From IMG/VR virus record IMGVR_UViG_3300010345_000473: a DNA stretch of 58,845 nucleotides. The stretch is one strand, 5' to 3'. This document shows positions 19,680 through 29,622 of this stretch, piece by piece. The notes beneath the pieces were generated by a model. It saw only the letters and a list, made by a program, of their open reading frames with translations, was not told where the DNA came from and ran no database searches. Position 1 is the stretch's first letter. Each line of letters begins with the position of its first letter. This stretch comes from an uncultured virus (IMG/VR IMGVR_UViG_3300010345_000473). Taxonomy: Duplodnaviria > Heunggongvirae > Uroviricota > Caudoviricetes. A program made the position numbers and the translations under genes.

Positions 19680-20180
19680 GTGTCCTTGCCACTTTGTGTA
19701 CACGCCACCACATATGTAGTGCCACAAACCTTGGACATAACCGCCACCATCGAGATGTCCTATGAGTTTGATTTTGTACCCACAAATGAGCGACCATATT
19801 CAAACCGGTGCATGTTGGATGGGTCATTCATCAACACAACTAAAGTGATCACTTCAGAAGCGGAGATGCAGTCCTATATCAGTTCGCTTCCCACGGATAA
19901 TTCTCGGACGTATGTGCTCATGGTGTGGCCCACATCACTCAATGAGGATGCTCGTTTATCTGTCGCGGGCAAGTTTGTGTATATGGATCTGAACAGTGTA
20001 ACCACCCCGAAACATGTGGGGTGGTGTATCACACGCGGATGTATCAATCAGTCGGGAGTACAGATTATTGCATTTCGTTCCGACTGGACGGATATGGTAT
20101 TTGCCGACACCAATCTCATTTTGCCTGATTGGAGTGTGAATGACTATGATGAAGTGCAGTCTGCTGAGCCACACTGCTGA
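19680..20180 (+). CDS. hypothetical protein
   Basis: ORF with GGGGAG RBS between dnaB and thyX. Confidence 0.5.
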   Translation: MSLPLCVHATTYVVPQTLDITATIEMSYEFDFVPTNERPYSNRCMLDGSFINTTKVITSEAEMQSYISSLPTDNSRTYVLMVWPTSLNEDARLSVAGKFVYMDLNSVTTPKHVGWCITRGCINQSGVQIIAFRSDWTDMVFADTNLILPDWSVNDYDEVQSAEPHC

Positions 20181-20778
20181 TCCCGATCGTGTTGTTGCCA
20201 CCGCACACAAGCTCTGTTACAGCAACGAGGATCCCGAATCTATCAGTGTCAATCTCACCACCGAAGAAATCGAACGACGGCTTGGATCCATCGTGGCTTC
20301 GGGGCATATGTCTGTGTTGGAGCATGCACATTTTACTTTTGCCATTTGGGGCATCAGTCGGGTGTGTAGTCATCAGCTTGTGAGACATCGCACTTTCAAC
20401 TTCACGCAGCGGAGTCAGAGGTATTGTTATGTGCAAGATCCATGCATTATGCCGCAAAGTGTTTCTGAAGATCAGGACGCGACAAAGATCTTCGAAGATG
20501 TGAATCAGTATGTTCATGATGCTTATATGAAACTGATTGATGAGTATCATGTCCCAAAAGAAGATGCACGGTTTATCCTTCCCCATGGTCAACAAACTGC
20601 TCTTGTTGTAACAGCAGATGCTCGGAATCTGTTCAACTTTTTCAACATGCGACTTGGCGTAATGAAGGGTAACAAACCACAATGGGAAATCAAAACCCTC
20701 GCATGCAAGATGTTGAAATTAGTAAAGCAAGCGGCGCCAACAATTTTTGCAGCATATACCGTTCCACTAGATTGCTGA
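20140..20778 (+). CDS. thyX: FAD-dependent thymidylate synthase
   Basis: GHMSVLEH, SRVCSHQLVRHR...SQRY, EDARFILP, QWEI. Confidence 0.95.
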   Translation: MTMMKCSLLSHTADPDRVVATAHKLCYSNEDPESISVNLTTEEIERRLGSIVASGHMSVLEHAHFTFAIWGISRVCSHQLVRHRTFNFTQRSQRYCYVQDPCIMPQSVSEDQDATKIFEDVNQYVHDAYMKLIDEYHVPKEDARFILPHGQQTALVVTADARNLFNFFNMRLGVMKGNKPQWEIKTLACKMLKLVKQAAPTIFAAYTVPLDC

Positions 20779-20800
20779 GTTGAAGGAGGAGGATGGGCTC

Positions 20801-20960
20801 ATGCGAGTATATCTTGTGCCAACTTGCGTCGCACCAACCTATCCGGCGCTGACCTATCGGGCGCTGACCTATCAGGCGCCTTTCTTCCATTAGCACTTCT
20901 TTCCAAGACAAATCTATCAACTGTGGAGTTGGAAAATGCGGATCTGTACCATTTATAAGT
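20801..20960 (+). pseudogene. pentapeptide-repeat gene remnant
   Basis: GCCAACTTGCGTCGCACCAACCTATCCGGCGCTGACCTATC-type sequence matching the downstream genes; frame broken. Confidence 0.55.
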
Positions 20961-21052
20961 TTGGCGTGGAAAGGCGGCAAACAAACTGATTCGTTCAAAA
21001 GAGACTTGTGTGGTGCAGGTTTAGAAGGTTTATCTTATAAGGGGGATAAAAA

Positions 21053-21808
21053 TTGAAAATGGAAAAAAAATCTACGAAAAAAATATCTATAAAACAATTA
21101 GAAAAGATATTATCGGAACACATGTTGTGGCGGAAAGGAATAGGCGGATCAAAAGCAAACTTGTCTGGAACAAACTTGTCTAGAACAGACTTGTCTGGAA
21201 TAGACTTATCGGGTGCAGATTTATACGGTGCAAATCTATCAGGTACTGACCTATCATACGCAAATCTATCAGGCGCAGATCTATCAGGCGCCAACCTTTT
21301 CAAAGCCGATTTCTACGGTGCCAACCTATCAGGCGCAAACCTATCAGGTGCACTTTTAGGAAATGCAAAACTGTTCAATGCAAACCTATCAGGTGCGAAT
21401 TTGAAAAATGCGGGTCTGTACAATGCTGATCTATCAGGTGCTGACCTATCAGGCGCTGACCTATCGGGTGCACTTTTAGGAAATGCAAATCTGCACAAAG
21501 CTGACCTATCAGGTGCGAATTTGAAAAATGCGGATCTGTCCCATGCCGACCTATCAGATGTGGATTTGAAAAATGCTAATATGTCTGATGCGAATATGTT
21601 CTATGCCGACCTATCAGGTGCTGACCTACCAGGCGCCAATCTTACACATGCTGATATGCGCAATTCCGATCTTACCAATGCTGTTCTTTCGGGAGCAACT
21701 TTAGATGGGCTGATGCTTTCAGGTGCCAATCTGTCAGGTACTGACATTTTCTTAGCCAATGCCTGCACCACCGATACAATTTCCAGTGCTTCAATAAACT
21801 TTTTTTAA
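21053..21808 (+). CDS. pentapeptide-repeat protein 1
   Basis: Tandem A(D/N)LSG repeats after an 'LEKILSEH.LW' leader. Confidence 0.92.
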   Translation: MKMEKKSTKKISIKQLEKILSEHMLWRKGIGGSKANLSGTNLSRTDLSGIDLSGADLYGANLSGTDLSYANLSGADLSGANLFKADFYGANLSGANLSGALLGNAKLFNANLSGANLKNAGLYNADLSGADLSGADLSGALLGNANLHKADLSGANLKNADLSHADLSDVDLKNANMSDANMFYADLSGADLPGANLTHADMRNSDLTNAVLSGATLDGLMLSGANLSGTDIFLANACTTDTISSASINFF

Positions 21809-21957
21809 ATTTGATTTTCTTAACTTTTGAATCGTTTTTTGGCGGGGCGTGGGCATGGACGTGGTGCTAGGGAGCCGACCACCAGAAATAAAAACAGCAT
21901 AGAAACCGTATGGCCCGAATTGAACAATAACAAAAAACCACAGAGGAGTGTTACATC

Positions 21958-22932
21958 GTGAAGACAATAAGCCCGCAACAGCTAGAAGAAATATTGGCAG
22001 AACACGGAAAATGGCTGGCAGGGGCAGGTGGCAAAAGGGCCGACTTGTCTGAAACAGACCTGTACGGTTCAAATCTATCAGGTGCTGATTTGTCATGTGC
22101 AATTTTGAAGGCGACACACCTGTGTAATGTCAACCTATCAAACGCAAATTTGAAAAATGCGGGTCTGTTCCATGCCGACCTATCAGGCGCTGACCTATCA
22201 GGCGCTGACCTATCGGGTGCCCTTCTACCATTCGCACTTCTTTCCAAGGCAAATCTACCAGGTGCGAATTTGAAAAATGCAAATCTGTACAATGCTAAAC
22301 TATCAGGTGCTGACCTATCAGGTGCCAACCTATCGCGTGCGGATTTGAAAGATGCGGATCTGTCCTATGCGAACCTATCAGGTGCAAATCTGTACAAAGC
22401 TGACCTATCAGGTGCAAATCTATCGGGTGCCAATCTATCAGGCGCTGACCTATTCGGTGCCAACCTATCAGGTGCGAATTTGAAAAATGCGGATCTGTCC
22501 CATGCCAACCTATCACATACGGATCTGTTCCATGCCAACCTATCAGGTGTCAATCTATCAGGTGCGTATTTGGAAAATGCGGATCTGTACCATGCAAACC
22601 TATCAGATGCAAATCTATCAGGTGCAAATTTAAAAAATGCGGTCCTATCAAACGCACGTCTTTCCAAAGCAAATTTATCTGATGCAAACCTTTCAGGGGC
22701 GAATTGTTATCAAACAATTTTTTCCCCTGCCAACTTGCGTTGCACCAACCTATCGGGTGCCAATCTTACACATGCTGATATGCGCAAATCCGATCTTACC
22801 GATGCTGTTCTTTTAGGGGCAACTTTAGATGGGCTGATGCTTTCAGGTGCTAATCTTTCAGGCACTGAAATTTCCTTGGCCAATGCCTGCACCACCGATA
22901 CAATTGCCACCGATACAATTTTCAGTAGATGA
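21958..22932 (+). CDS. pentapeptide-repeat protein 2
   Basis: A(D/N)LSG repeats; C-terminus nearly identical to protein 1. Confidence 0.92.
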   Translation: MKTISPQQLEEILAEHGKWLAGAGGKRADLSETDLYGSNLSGADLSCAILKATHLCNVNLSNANLKNAGLFHADLSGADLSGADLSGALLPFALLSKANLPGANLKNANLYNAKLSGADLSGANLSRADLKDADLSYANLSGANLYKADLSGANLSGANLSGADLFGANLSGANLKNADLSHANLSHTDLFHANLSGVNLSGAYLENADLYHANLSDANLSGANLKNAVLSNARLSKANLSDANLSGANCYQTIFSPANLRCTNLSGANLTHADMRKSDLTDAVLLGATLDGLMLSGANLSGTEISLANACTTDTIATDTIFSR

Positions 22933-22992
22933 CAAAATAAATGTCACATCAACAGTTGGAAAGAAAAGCGGATGCGTAAAAATTAGGGGGCG

Positions 22993-24159
22993 ATGAAAAT
23001 GGGGAAAAAATCTATGAAAAAAATATCCACAAAACAACAATTAGAAGAAATGTTGGCAGAACACAGGTTATGGCAGAAGGGGATAGGCGGATCAAAAGCA
23101 AACTTGTCTGGAACAGACTTGTCTGGAATGGATTTATCTGGAATAGATTTATCGGGGGTGGATTTATTCTGTTCAAATCTATCGGGTGCTGGTTTGGAAA
23201 ATGCAAAACTGTACAAAGCTGGCCTATCAGGTGCAAACCTATCAGGCGCAAATCTATCGGGCGCTGATTTGGAATATGCGGATCTGTCCTATGCAATCCT
23301 GTCCGGTGCTAACCTATCAGATGCACTTTTAGGAAATGCAAATCTGTACAGTGCAAACCTATCAGGCGCAAATCTATCGGGCGCTGATTTGGAATATGCG
23401 GATCTGTCCTATGCAATCCTGTCCGGTGCTAACCTATCAGATGCACTTTTAGGAAATGCAAATCTGTACAATGCAAACCTATCCGGTGCCAATCTATCAG
23501 GTGCTGTTCTTTTAGGGACATGCCTGGTAGGGGCCAAATTTTCAGATTTGAAAAATGCGGCCCGGTCCCATGCCGACCTATCAGGCGCTGACCTATCATG
23601 CGCTGACCTATCAGGTGCCTTTCTATCATACGCATCCCTTTCCAAGGCAAATCTATCAGGTGCCAATCTATCAGGTGCGGACCTATCAAACGCAAATTTG
23701 GAAAATGCGGCCCTGTCCCGAGCCAACCTATCAGGTGCTGACCTTTCGGGTGCACTTTTAGTAAATGCAAAACTGTCCCATGCTAACCTATCAGGCGCGA
23801 ACCTATCGGGTGCCGTTCTCCCATTAGCACTTCTTTCCAAGACAAATCTATCAGGTGCGAATTTGAAACATGCGGATCTATCCCAGGCCGACCTATCAGA
23901 TGCGGATTTGGAAAATGCTGATCTGTCTGATGCACGTATGTTCTATGCCAACTTGCGTCGCGCCAACCTATCAGGCGCGAACCTATCTGGTGCACTTTTG
24001 GAAAATGCGGATCTGTACCATGCAAACCTAGTAGATGTGAATCTATCGGGCGCAAATTTGGAAAATGCGGATCTGTCCTACGCCTACCTATCAGGTGCAA
24101 ATCTATCAGGGGCGAATTTAGAAAATACGGATCTGTCCCATGCGGTTATGGCATCATGA
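22993..24159 (+). CDS. pentapeptide-repeat protein 3
   Basis: A(D/N)LSG repeats; N-terminus like protein 1. Confidence 0.92.
   Translation: MKMGKKSMKKISTKQQLEEMLAEHRLWQKGIGGSKANLSGTDLSGMDLSGIDLSGVDLFCSNLSGAGLENAKLYKAGLSGANLSGANLSGADLEYADLSYAILSGANLSDALLGNANLYSANLSGANLSGADLEYADLSYAILSGANLSDALLGNANLYNANLSGANLSGAVLLGTCLVGAKFSDLKNAARSHADLSGADLSCADLSGAFLSYASLSKANLSGANLSGADLSNANLENAALSRANLSGADLSGALLVNAKLSHANLSGANLSGAVLPLALLSKTNLSGANLKHADLSQADLSDADLENADLSDARMFYANLRRANLSGANLSGALLENADLYHANLVDVNLSGANLENADLSYAYLSGANLSGANLENTDLSHAVMAS
23231..23470 (+). repeat. exact 120-bp tandem duplication (40 aa)
   Basis: 23231-23350 is identical to 23351-23470. Confidence 0.9.
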
Positions 24160-24538
24160 GTTGCTTCCGTTTTTGTTGAGTCAGCGGATTCTTGAGCAGC
24201 ATCTAGAATGCTGTGCTCTTCGTGGAAATTGTTGGGGAAAGAAACACGCCACTGTTGATTATGTTTTTGACCACAACCCGATGCGACTCTTTTCTTATCA
24301 TAAGCGGGTGATGTATGAATTTGATCGACGTGGATTTCATATAACCGAAGAATGGAGGCACCCCACATATCGGGGTCAACATTGTTCTCCGTGGTATATG
24401 GATGATCTTGATTTCGAATCAACACAACCGTACACCGAACACGATGATGATTATTTGCGGAAATGTTTGAACATCCTCAATCGGTGTGGGGTATCATTGA
24501 CGTTCGATGAAGTAACACGTCGACGAACCATGATATAA
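24140..24538 (+). CDS. TIGR02328-like / pyrimidine-dimer glycosylase (DenV)-like protein
   Basis: MRLWH..L...L....QH.ECCALRG..WGKKH.TVDYVF...RG pattern. Confidence 0.65.
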   Translation: MRLWHHELLPFLLSQRILEQHLECCALRGNCWGKKHATVDYVFDHNPMRLFSYHKRVMYEFDRRGFHITEEWRHPTYRGQHCSPWYMDDLDFESTQPYTEHDDDYLRKCLNILNRCGVSLTFDEVTRRRTMI

Positions 24539-24632
24539 CACAAATAATCTGTTTGTCTATACTCCCTCTCTCGGTGGGCAAACGGTGACGCGCATAAATC
24601 AATCCAAAAACGAGGGAGTGTGAACTCCACCC

Positions 24633-25343
24633 ATGAGTATCAGCACACGACAAAAGCATCATGTGCTTGTTGGTGTCCTTGTTGTTTTTGCGTTCGCCAT
24701 ATGCGATGCGGTTTCTGTTTATGTTGCGAAACAATCGGTGAACGCACTTGCTGCGACGTCCGTGGACATCTTACCGTCAGATGCGCGGAAACAACAACGT
24801 ATCCGTCACACCAACATGAGACCAACCACATCGATGCCCACACTGTTGAGGTTAGATCGACAGTATGTGATGATCGAGTTTATTCGGTCACAGAATCCAT
24901 CGATCTCATACATCGATGCGTCCAAGTTCGCTCAGTACTTCGAAGATGCGGGTAGGCTGTTTACAATCGATCCATTGTTGCTGTGCGCAATAGCTCGTGT
25001 CGAGAGCACGTTTCGTGTCAGTAGTGACAATGGAGTACATCGAGGTTTGATGCAGATCAACTGGGGTCTGCACAACAGGCATAAAGGCATTACAAATGCA
25101 TTTGGACACATTAAGACACTAAAGGACCTATTCGAACCAAAAAATAATATTTATGTTGGTGCATATCTCTTATGGTGCAAGAAACAATGTTCTCGTGACA
25201 AAAGTATCGACACAGCAATCGCGATGTATGGCAGTGGTGCTTCTTATCGAAAGCGGGTGTTGAAGTTTCATAATATCCTAACAAAAAAATACAAGCAACA
25301 AACCGCGCAACGATCCTATGTTGTAGCAACTACCACACCATAG
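24633..25343 (+). CDS. lytic transglycosylase (SLT) with N-terminal hydrophobic anchor
   Basis: AIARVESTF (catalytic E), GLMQIN, NIYVGAYLL, AIAMY. Confidence 0.85.
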   Translation: MSISTRQKHHVLVGVLVVFAFAICDAVSVYVAKQSVNALAATSVDILPSDARKQQRIRHTNMRPTTSMPTLLRLDRQYVMIEFIRSQNPSISYIDASKFAQYFEDAGRLFTIDPLLLCAIARVESTFRVSSDNGVHRGLMQINWGLHNRHKGITNAFGHIKTLKDLFEPKNNIYVGAYLLWCKKQCSRDKSIDTAIAMYGSGASYRKRVLKFHNILTKKYKQQTAQRSYVVATTTP

Positions 25344-25357
25344 AAAAAGTGGTGAGA

Positions 25358-25411
25358 GGGTCTGGAATCGATGGATGTCACAAGAGGGAGTGACTCATCG
25401 ATTCCAGACCC
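25358..25411. terminator. long hairpin between convergent transcription units
   Basis: GGGTCTGGAATCGATG ... CATCGATTCCAGACCC plus inner GTCAC/GTGAC. Confidence 0.6.
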
Positions 25412-25434
25412 ATGTTTCTCGCGCAGTGAATCGG

Positions 25435-26109
25435 TCACGACCGTTTTTTGATCAACAGACATGATCTGGTGAGCGTATCCTTTAGCGGCTGTGCTTCCTG
25501 TGGATGTCCAAGCCGTGTGGGTGTCGGTAATTGTTGTGGAGTGGGTAGTTGTCCAGAGCGCTGATATGTGAACTTGTTCCTACCTGGAAACAAACGTCCC
25601 GTGAGTGCGCGTCCCCATCCAGTTGATGGATCGTTATCGTTCATCACTGGAACTTGTTGTGGCATATCACCACTGAGCAATCCATTTAACGTTTCGACTG
25701 CGGCGGCTCGATATGCTGCGGGCATATTCCCATCATTGCGATGAAGGATATCGATTCGTTCTTTGATATCACGGCTTGTGAGCGCTCCATTCTTGAACGC
25801 AGCGACGGTTTGTGCCAACCAATTCTCATTCAGGATGCGTCGAGCCTGATGTTGCAAGGGTCGCCATTCATCATATGATTCGGACACACATTCCGCAAGC
25901 TGACATACTTCCTGATGAATATGATCTGTGACTTCCCGAGCCGATTGTTCATCCATGGAGCGGATTGCACATGTTGCTTCCGTCAGGAACCGATCCACAT
26001 GCTGATCGTTTGGATGACATCGTTTGTACATATAGAGGAATGTCATCTCTCGTTTAAGAAGATTATCATCGGTCATCGACATTCGTTCCTTTCTGATGAG
26101 CAACAACAA
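25435..26109 (-). CDS. hypothetical protein
   Basis: ORF of about 215-224 aa overlapping the resolvase gene end. Confidence 0.55.
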   Translation of the reverse strand: MLLLIRKERMSMTDDNLLKREMTFLYMYKRCHPNDQHVDRFLTEATCAIRSMDEQSAREVTDHIHQEVCQLAECVSESYDEWRPLQHQARRILNENWLAQTVAAFKNGALTSRDIKERIDILHRNDGNMPAAYRAAAVETLNGLLSGDMPQQVPVMNDNDPSTGWGRALTGRLFPGRNKFTYQRSGQLPTPQQLPTPTRLGHPQEAQPLKDTLTRSCLLIKKRS

Positions 26110-26602
26110 ACGCTTTCACGAACGGCAGAATATCCCACCAAGACACCACAACATGTTCTACTCCATGCAAAGGGATGATCATCTTCGCGATCTTCTGAAA
26201 TCCAGATTCAGGAAATGTCGGAAATCGATATGGCTCAAAGATCAATGTGTAGGGCGATCGAAGGTACGTTCGAGTCATACACAACACCACAAGTGGATCC
26301 ATATCTGGGAACTCGGTGAGATATTTCTGTCGCGCGTGATCCACTTGATCTATCCAGCCAAGCACTTCCTTTGTGGGAAAGGGCCATATGTTGTCAAGAG
26401 AGAGTGATGCTCGTTTCTTGCATTCTACGAGGATGGGATACTTGATCCAGTCGCTGAATGTGATGTCTGCGAACTCGATGGCACGAATGCCGCTGCTTCC
26501 CGCACGGTAACATTCAAACTTTGAAAGACCAAGCACAGATCGGAGATCCATGGCGATTTTGTTTTCGAATGTGACACCGATCTGCTTACTTTTGCTAGAC
26601 AT
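26066..26602 (-). CDS. Holliday junction resolvase-like PD-(D/E)xK nuclease
   Basis: SKQIG..FE..IA, ADI, ILVECKK. Confidence 0.75.
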   Translation of the reverse strand: MSSKSKQIGVTFENKIAMDLRSVLGLSKFECYRAGSSGIRAIEFADITFSDWIKYPILVECKKRASLSLDNIWPFPTKEVLGWIDQVDHARQKYLTEFPDMDPLVVLCMTRTYLRSPYTLIFEPYRFPTFPESGFQKIAKMIIPLHGVEHVVVSWWDILPFVKAFVVAHQKGTNVDDR

Positions 26603-26627
26603 TATTTATTCATATCCTTTCTAAAAG

Positions 26628-27221
26628 TCAAAATGTGAAGGGCTGAAATGTTGCAAACGTTGCGTCATCATCATCATCGTCGGGAGGAAACAGCTGACTG
26701 ATCAATGTCGGTGTGGGGTCTGCGATCATATCGCGCAACATCAGAATGGTGTTTTTGATGTGCGGATAGTTGTCCATATCAGGCATATACTGCAGATGGT
26801 TGATCATGCGAAGCACCATATCGCGACTGACGGGTATGTTGTAGACGGGTGCGTCGTCGATCGAAATCGAAACAGATGAAGCGATTTCATTTAGCTTTGT
26901 GAATTTTTGAATCACAAGATCGAGTGCATGGTCGTCGGTTTCATGAAATATTTTGGGAAGAAATCCACCCTGTTCTTTGATATGTTGATAGATTTTGTAC
27001 AACCCGAAGATACCCACGGTGGCGAGAGCAATATTTTGCAGTCCACTAATTGATGAGAGTATGTTATTTTTATTAATTGCCGAAAAAGCCGCAGCAACCT
27101 TTTCACCAAAAAACTTATCAGCTGCGCTGATTGTCTTCACAATCGACGCTAAGATTGATGAACTATCTTCATTTAACGCTCGGTGCGAGTTGTTCCAGGA
27201 ACGTTTGCGCGCGATAGACAT
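26628..27221 (-). CDS. putative virion protein, paralogue subfamily B
   Basis: ILSSISGLQNIALATVGIFGLYKIY shared with 29281-29595; LNE near N-terminus. Confidence 0.6.
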   Translation of the reverse strand: MSIARKRSWNNSHRALNEDSSSILASIVKTISAADKFFGEKVAAAFSAINKNNILSSISGLQNIALATVGIFGLYKIYQHIKEQGGFLPKIFHETDDHALDLVIQKFTKLNEIASSVSISIDDAPVYNIPVSRDMVLRMINHLQYMPDMDNYPHIKNTILMLRDMIADPTPTLISQLFPPDDDDDDATFATFQPFTF

Positions 27222-27247
27222 AAATCATCACGGCTCCAATAATGATA

Positions 27248-27853
27248 TCAACTCTGCGATACAAGTGGTTGTGTTGGGTCAGCGTTTTTTGCTCGCTCTA
27301 GAATGGCAACCATTGCGGTAAGTTGTGCTCGGATATCTGCGGGAAGATCTTTTTGGTTGAGCATATTTTTAGCAAGAACCAGGCTGCTGTTTGCTTTTGA
27401 TTGGATCTGTCGAGTTATTTGTGCCGCTCGCTGTTGATCTGCGGGATTGATTCCAGCAGCTTCCGCCTCGACCAATGCGTACAACACACGATGCATCGCT
27501 TGACAGTAGATGTTGGCTTCGTTGATGATGTTGTTTGTGTAATCGGGAACATAAGACGCGTTAACCTGCTGTTGTTGATCCGAGGACCGAGACTTACTTT
27601 TCCACGCCTTATACGCTGCGGCTAAACCCGCGACACCGAGAGCCGCAGCGCCAACTCGACCCCAGCTTCCGAGACCCACAGAATTTAAAAGTGGGTTTTC
27701 TAGCTTTCCGAGATTTTTAAGCCAAGTGTTCGCACTGCCGATATATGTGCCAATTGTTGTTGCGAGAGATTGGAGACTTGCCAAAAATCCTCCAGGTTTT
27801 TGATCACCGGTATCTTCTGCTTCGTATAGATAACGCATGAATATCATCACCAT
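27248..27853 (-). CDS. putative virion protein, paralogue family A
   Basis: YLYEA leader; GLGSWGRVGAAALGVAGLAAAYKAWK; NASYVPDY. Confidence 0.7.
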   Translation of the reverse strand: MVMIFMRYLYEAEDTGDQKPGGFLASLQSLATTIGTYIGSANTWLKNLGKLENPLLNSVGLGSWGRVGAAALGVAGLAAAYKAWKSKSRSSDQQQQVNASYVPDYTNNIINEANIYCQAMHRVLYALVEAEAAGINPADQQRAAQITRQIQSKANSSLVLAKNMLNQKDLPADIRAQLTAMVAILERAKNADPTQPLVSQS

Positions 27854-27875
27854 CCCATTATGCTGCTATGCTTTG

Positions 27876-27913
27876 AAAAAAGGACGATCAGAGCAATCTG
27901 ATCGTCCTTTTTT
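27876..27913. terminator. bidirectional rho-independent terminator
   Basis: AAAAAAGGACGATCAG-AGCAAT-CTGATCGTCCTTTTTT. Confidence 0.8.
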
Positions 27914-27923
27914 GTGCGAATTT

Positions 27924-28769
27924 TTACATCGACCCTGGCGTTTCTAAGACCGACGCGAGTTGTTGAATCTGCATCCGCATCTCTGGGGGAGCTTCTTGAT
28001 AAGCAGGATCCGCAGAAATCTTCTGAAGCATCTGGATGGCGCGAGATGCATCGGTTTGAATATTTTTCACCATGCGGTTGATCCTGGATGAAATGCCAGG
28101 AGTTGCAAGAAGATCCTCCGCGCTCTGCCCGGCTTCTGCCAGAAGCATCGATACTGCGTTCATGGCTCGTTCCATTCGGTAGCTTTCCTGAATTATATGC
28201 GCAGAGAAATCTGGAATATACGCCGGCATATCATCAGATTCGGCGACCCCCTGTTGCTTGTTCATCTTATCCCGATGCTTTTTCCATGCGTAAAATGCCG
28301 CAGCGAGTCCGCCCGCGGCGACGGCAGCAACGCCAACACGAGCCCAACTTCCAAGACCGACATAATGCAAAATATTACTTTTGTCAAATGCTTTATCGAG
28401 GTTGGAAAACCATACTCCTACGTTAGACACCCATTGCTGAAGCGTCATCTTGATCTTATCGAAAAGAGGTGTGGATATATCGTAACCATACCTATTGGCA
28501 TCATTCTCCAGCCGGCGCCTCTCTAACGCATCAGACCGACGAAGGCTCCTATATCGATCGGCTTGCATCGTACCATAGGCGGCTCGGATACCCTCTAACC
28601 CATCAGACTGCGCAGGGCTCTTATAATCGACTGGCATCGTACCATAGGCGGCTCGGATACCCTCTAACACACCAGACGGCGCAGGGCTCTTATCGGCTTG
28701 CATCTTATCCAAGACGGCTCGGATACTCTCTGACCCATTTCGACCGGTTCTAATGTTGAGGAAACCCAT
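27924..28769 (-). CDS. putative virion protein, family A, with N-terminal repeats
   Basis: Family A TM motif plus AYIPDF; imperfect EGIRAAYGTM repeats. Confidence 0.7.
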   Translation of the reverse strand: MGFLNIRTGRNGSESIRAVLDKMQADKSPAPSGVLEGIRAAYGTMPVDYKSPAQSDGLEGIRAAYGTMQADRYRSLRRSDALERRRLENDANRYGYDISTPLFDKIKMTLQQWVSNVGVWFSNLDKAFDKSNILHYVGLGSWARVGVAAVAAGGLAAAFYAWKKHRDKMNKQQGVAESDDMPAYIPDFSAHIIQESYRMERAMNAVSMLLAEAGQSAEDLLATPGISSRINRMVKNIQTDASRAIQMLQKISADPAYQEAPPEMRMQIQQLASVLETPGSM

Positions 28770-28792
28770 TTTTAAAATCCTCCTTAGTATTG

Positions 28793-29284
28793 TTAAGCTT
28801 CTTGATCTAACATCTGTGATGCTTGCTGCATTTGCATAACAAGCTCTCTGGGCGCGTTTTTGATATCGGGATCATTGAGTGCTCTCTTGATGTCCCGTTT
28901 TCCCAATCCAACCTTTGCTTTAATAGACGCAACGATTGACTCGATTTTGTTAACAAATCCCGGAGATGTGTTGTCCGGGACATCTCCCGCTTCGCTTAAC
29001 ATACGAAGCATGGCATCAATTTGTTCCATCTCCACCAAAATATGCCCAGAAAAATCAGGAATATATGAAGCGTTGCTTAATTCAACAGAGCGTTGTTCAT
29101 CGGACTTGTTTGCATTGTGTTTTTTCCAAGCATAATACGCTGCCGCAAGAGCACTCGCCCCAACCGCCGCGATACCCAACCGTCCCCAGTTTCCCAACCC
29201 GATTTTGTGAAGAATGTTACTTTCGTCGAACTGCTTAGTGAGTGCGTTTTGGGCGCTCGTTTTCCAGGAATTTAATGTGTTCAT
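28793..29284 (-). CDS. putative virion protein, family A
   Basis: GLGNWGRLGIAAVGASALAAAYYAWKK; NASYIPDF. Confidence 0.7.
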   Translation of the reverse strand: MNTLNSWKTSAQNALTKQFDESNILHKIGLGNWGRLGIAAVGASALAAAYYAWKKHNANKSDEQRSVELSNASYIPDFSGHILVEMEQIDAMLRMLSEAGDVPDNTSPGFVNKIESIVASIKAKVGLGKRDIKRALNDPDIKNAPRELVMQMQQASQMLDQEA

Positions 29285-29595
29285 AACTGACTGCCAAAAT
29301 GACTGATTTGCTGCCTTAGCACCACGAGATCGTTGTCTGAAAAGAATCGCGGCGTGAGTGCTTCCTGGTCCTTGAGATAGGCGAATATCTTGTGGAGCCC
29401 AAACAACCCAACCGTTGCCAGTGCTACGGTTTGAAGTCCACCCATCGATGCAAGGATAGGATTTGTGTTGATGGATGCCACCGCTTCTGCGATTTCGGTT
29501 CCGATAGGTGCACTCACCGAAGTGATGGTGTCCACCACGGATGTGACTATCGACGGAGACGTCGTTGGTCCAGATTCATGGATTCGATATATCAC
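29281..29595 (-). CDS. putative virion protein, subfamily B
   Basis: IHES leader; ILASMGGLQTVALATVGLFGLHKIF; ATGA-coupled to the next gene. Confidence 0.6.
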   Translation of the reverse strand: MIYRIHESGPTTSPSIVTSVVDTITSVSAPIGTEIAEAVASINTNPILASMGGLQTVALATVGLFGLHKIFAYLKDQEALTPRFFSDNDLVVLRQQISHFGSQL

Positions 29596-29622
29596 ATTGG
29601 ATCGCCTGCGATGTAGAATCCA

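Noticed and set aside
20801..24159. Pentapeptide array as a diversity-generating retroelement
   Set aside because: No reverse transcriptase in the window, and I saw no adenine-specific template/variable repeat pair.
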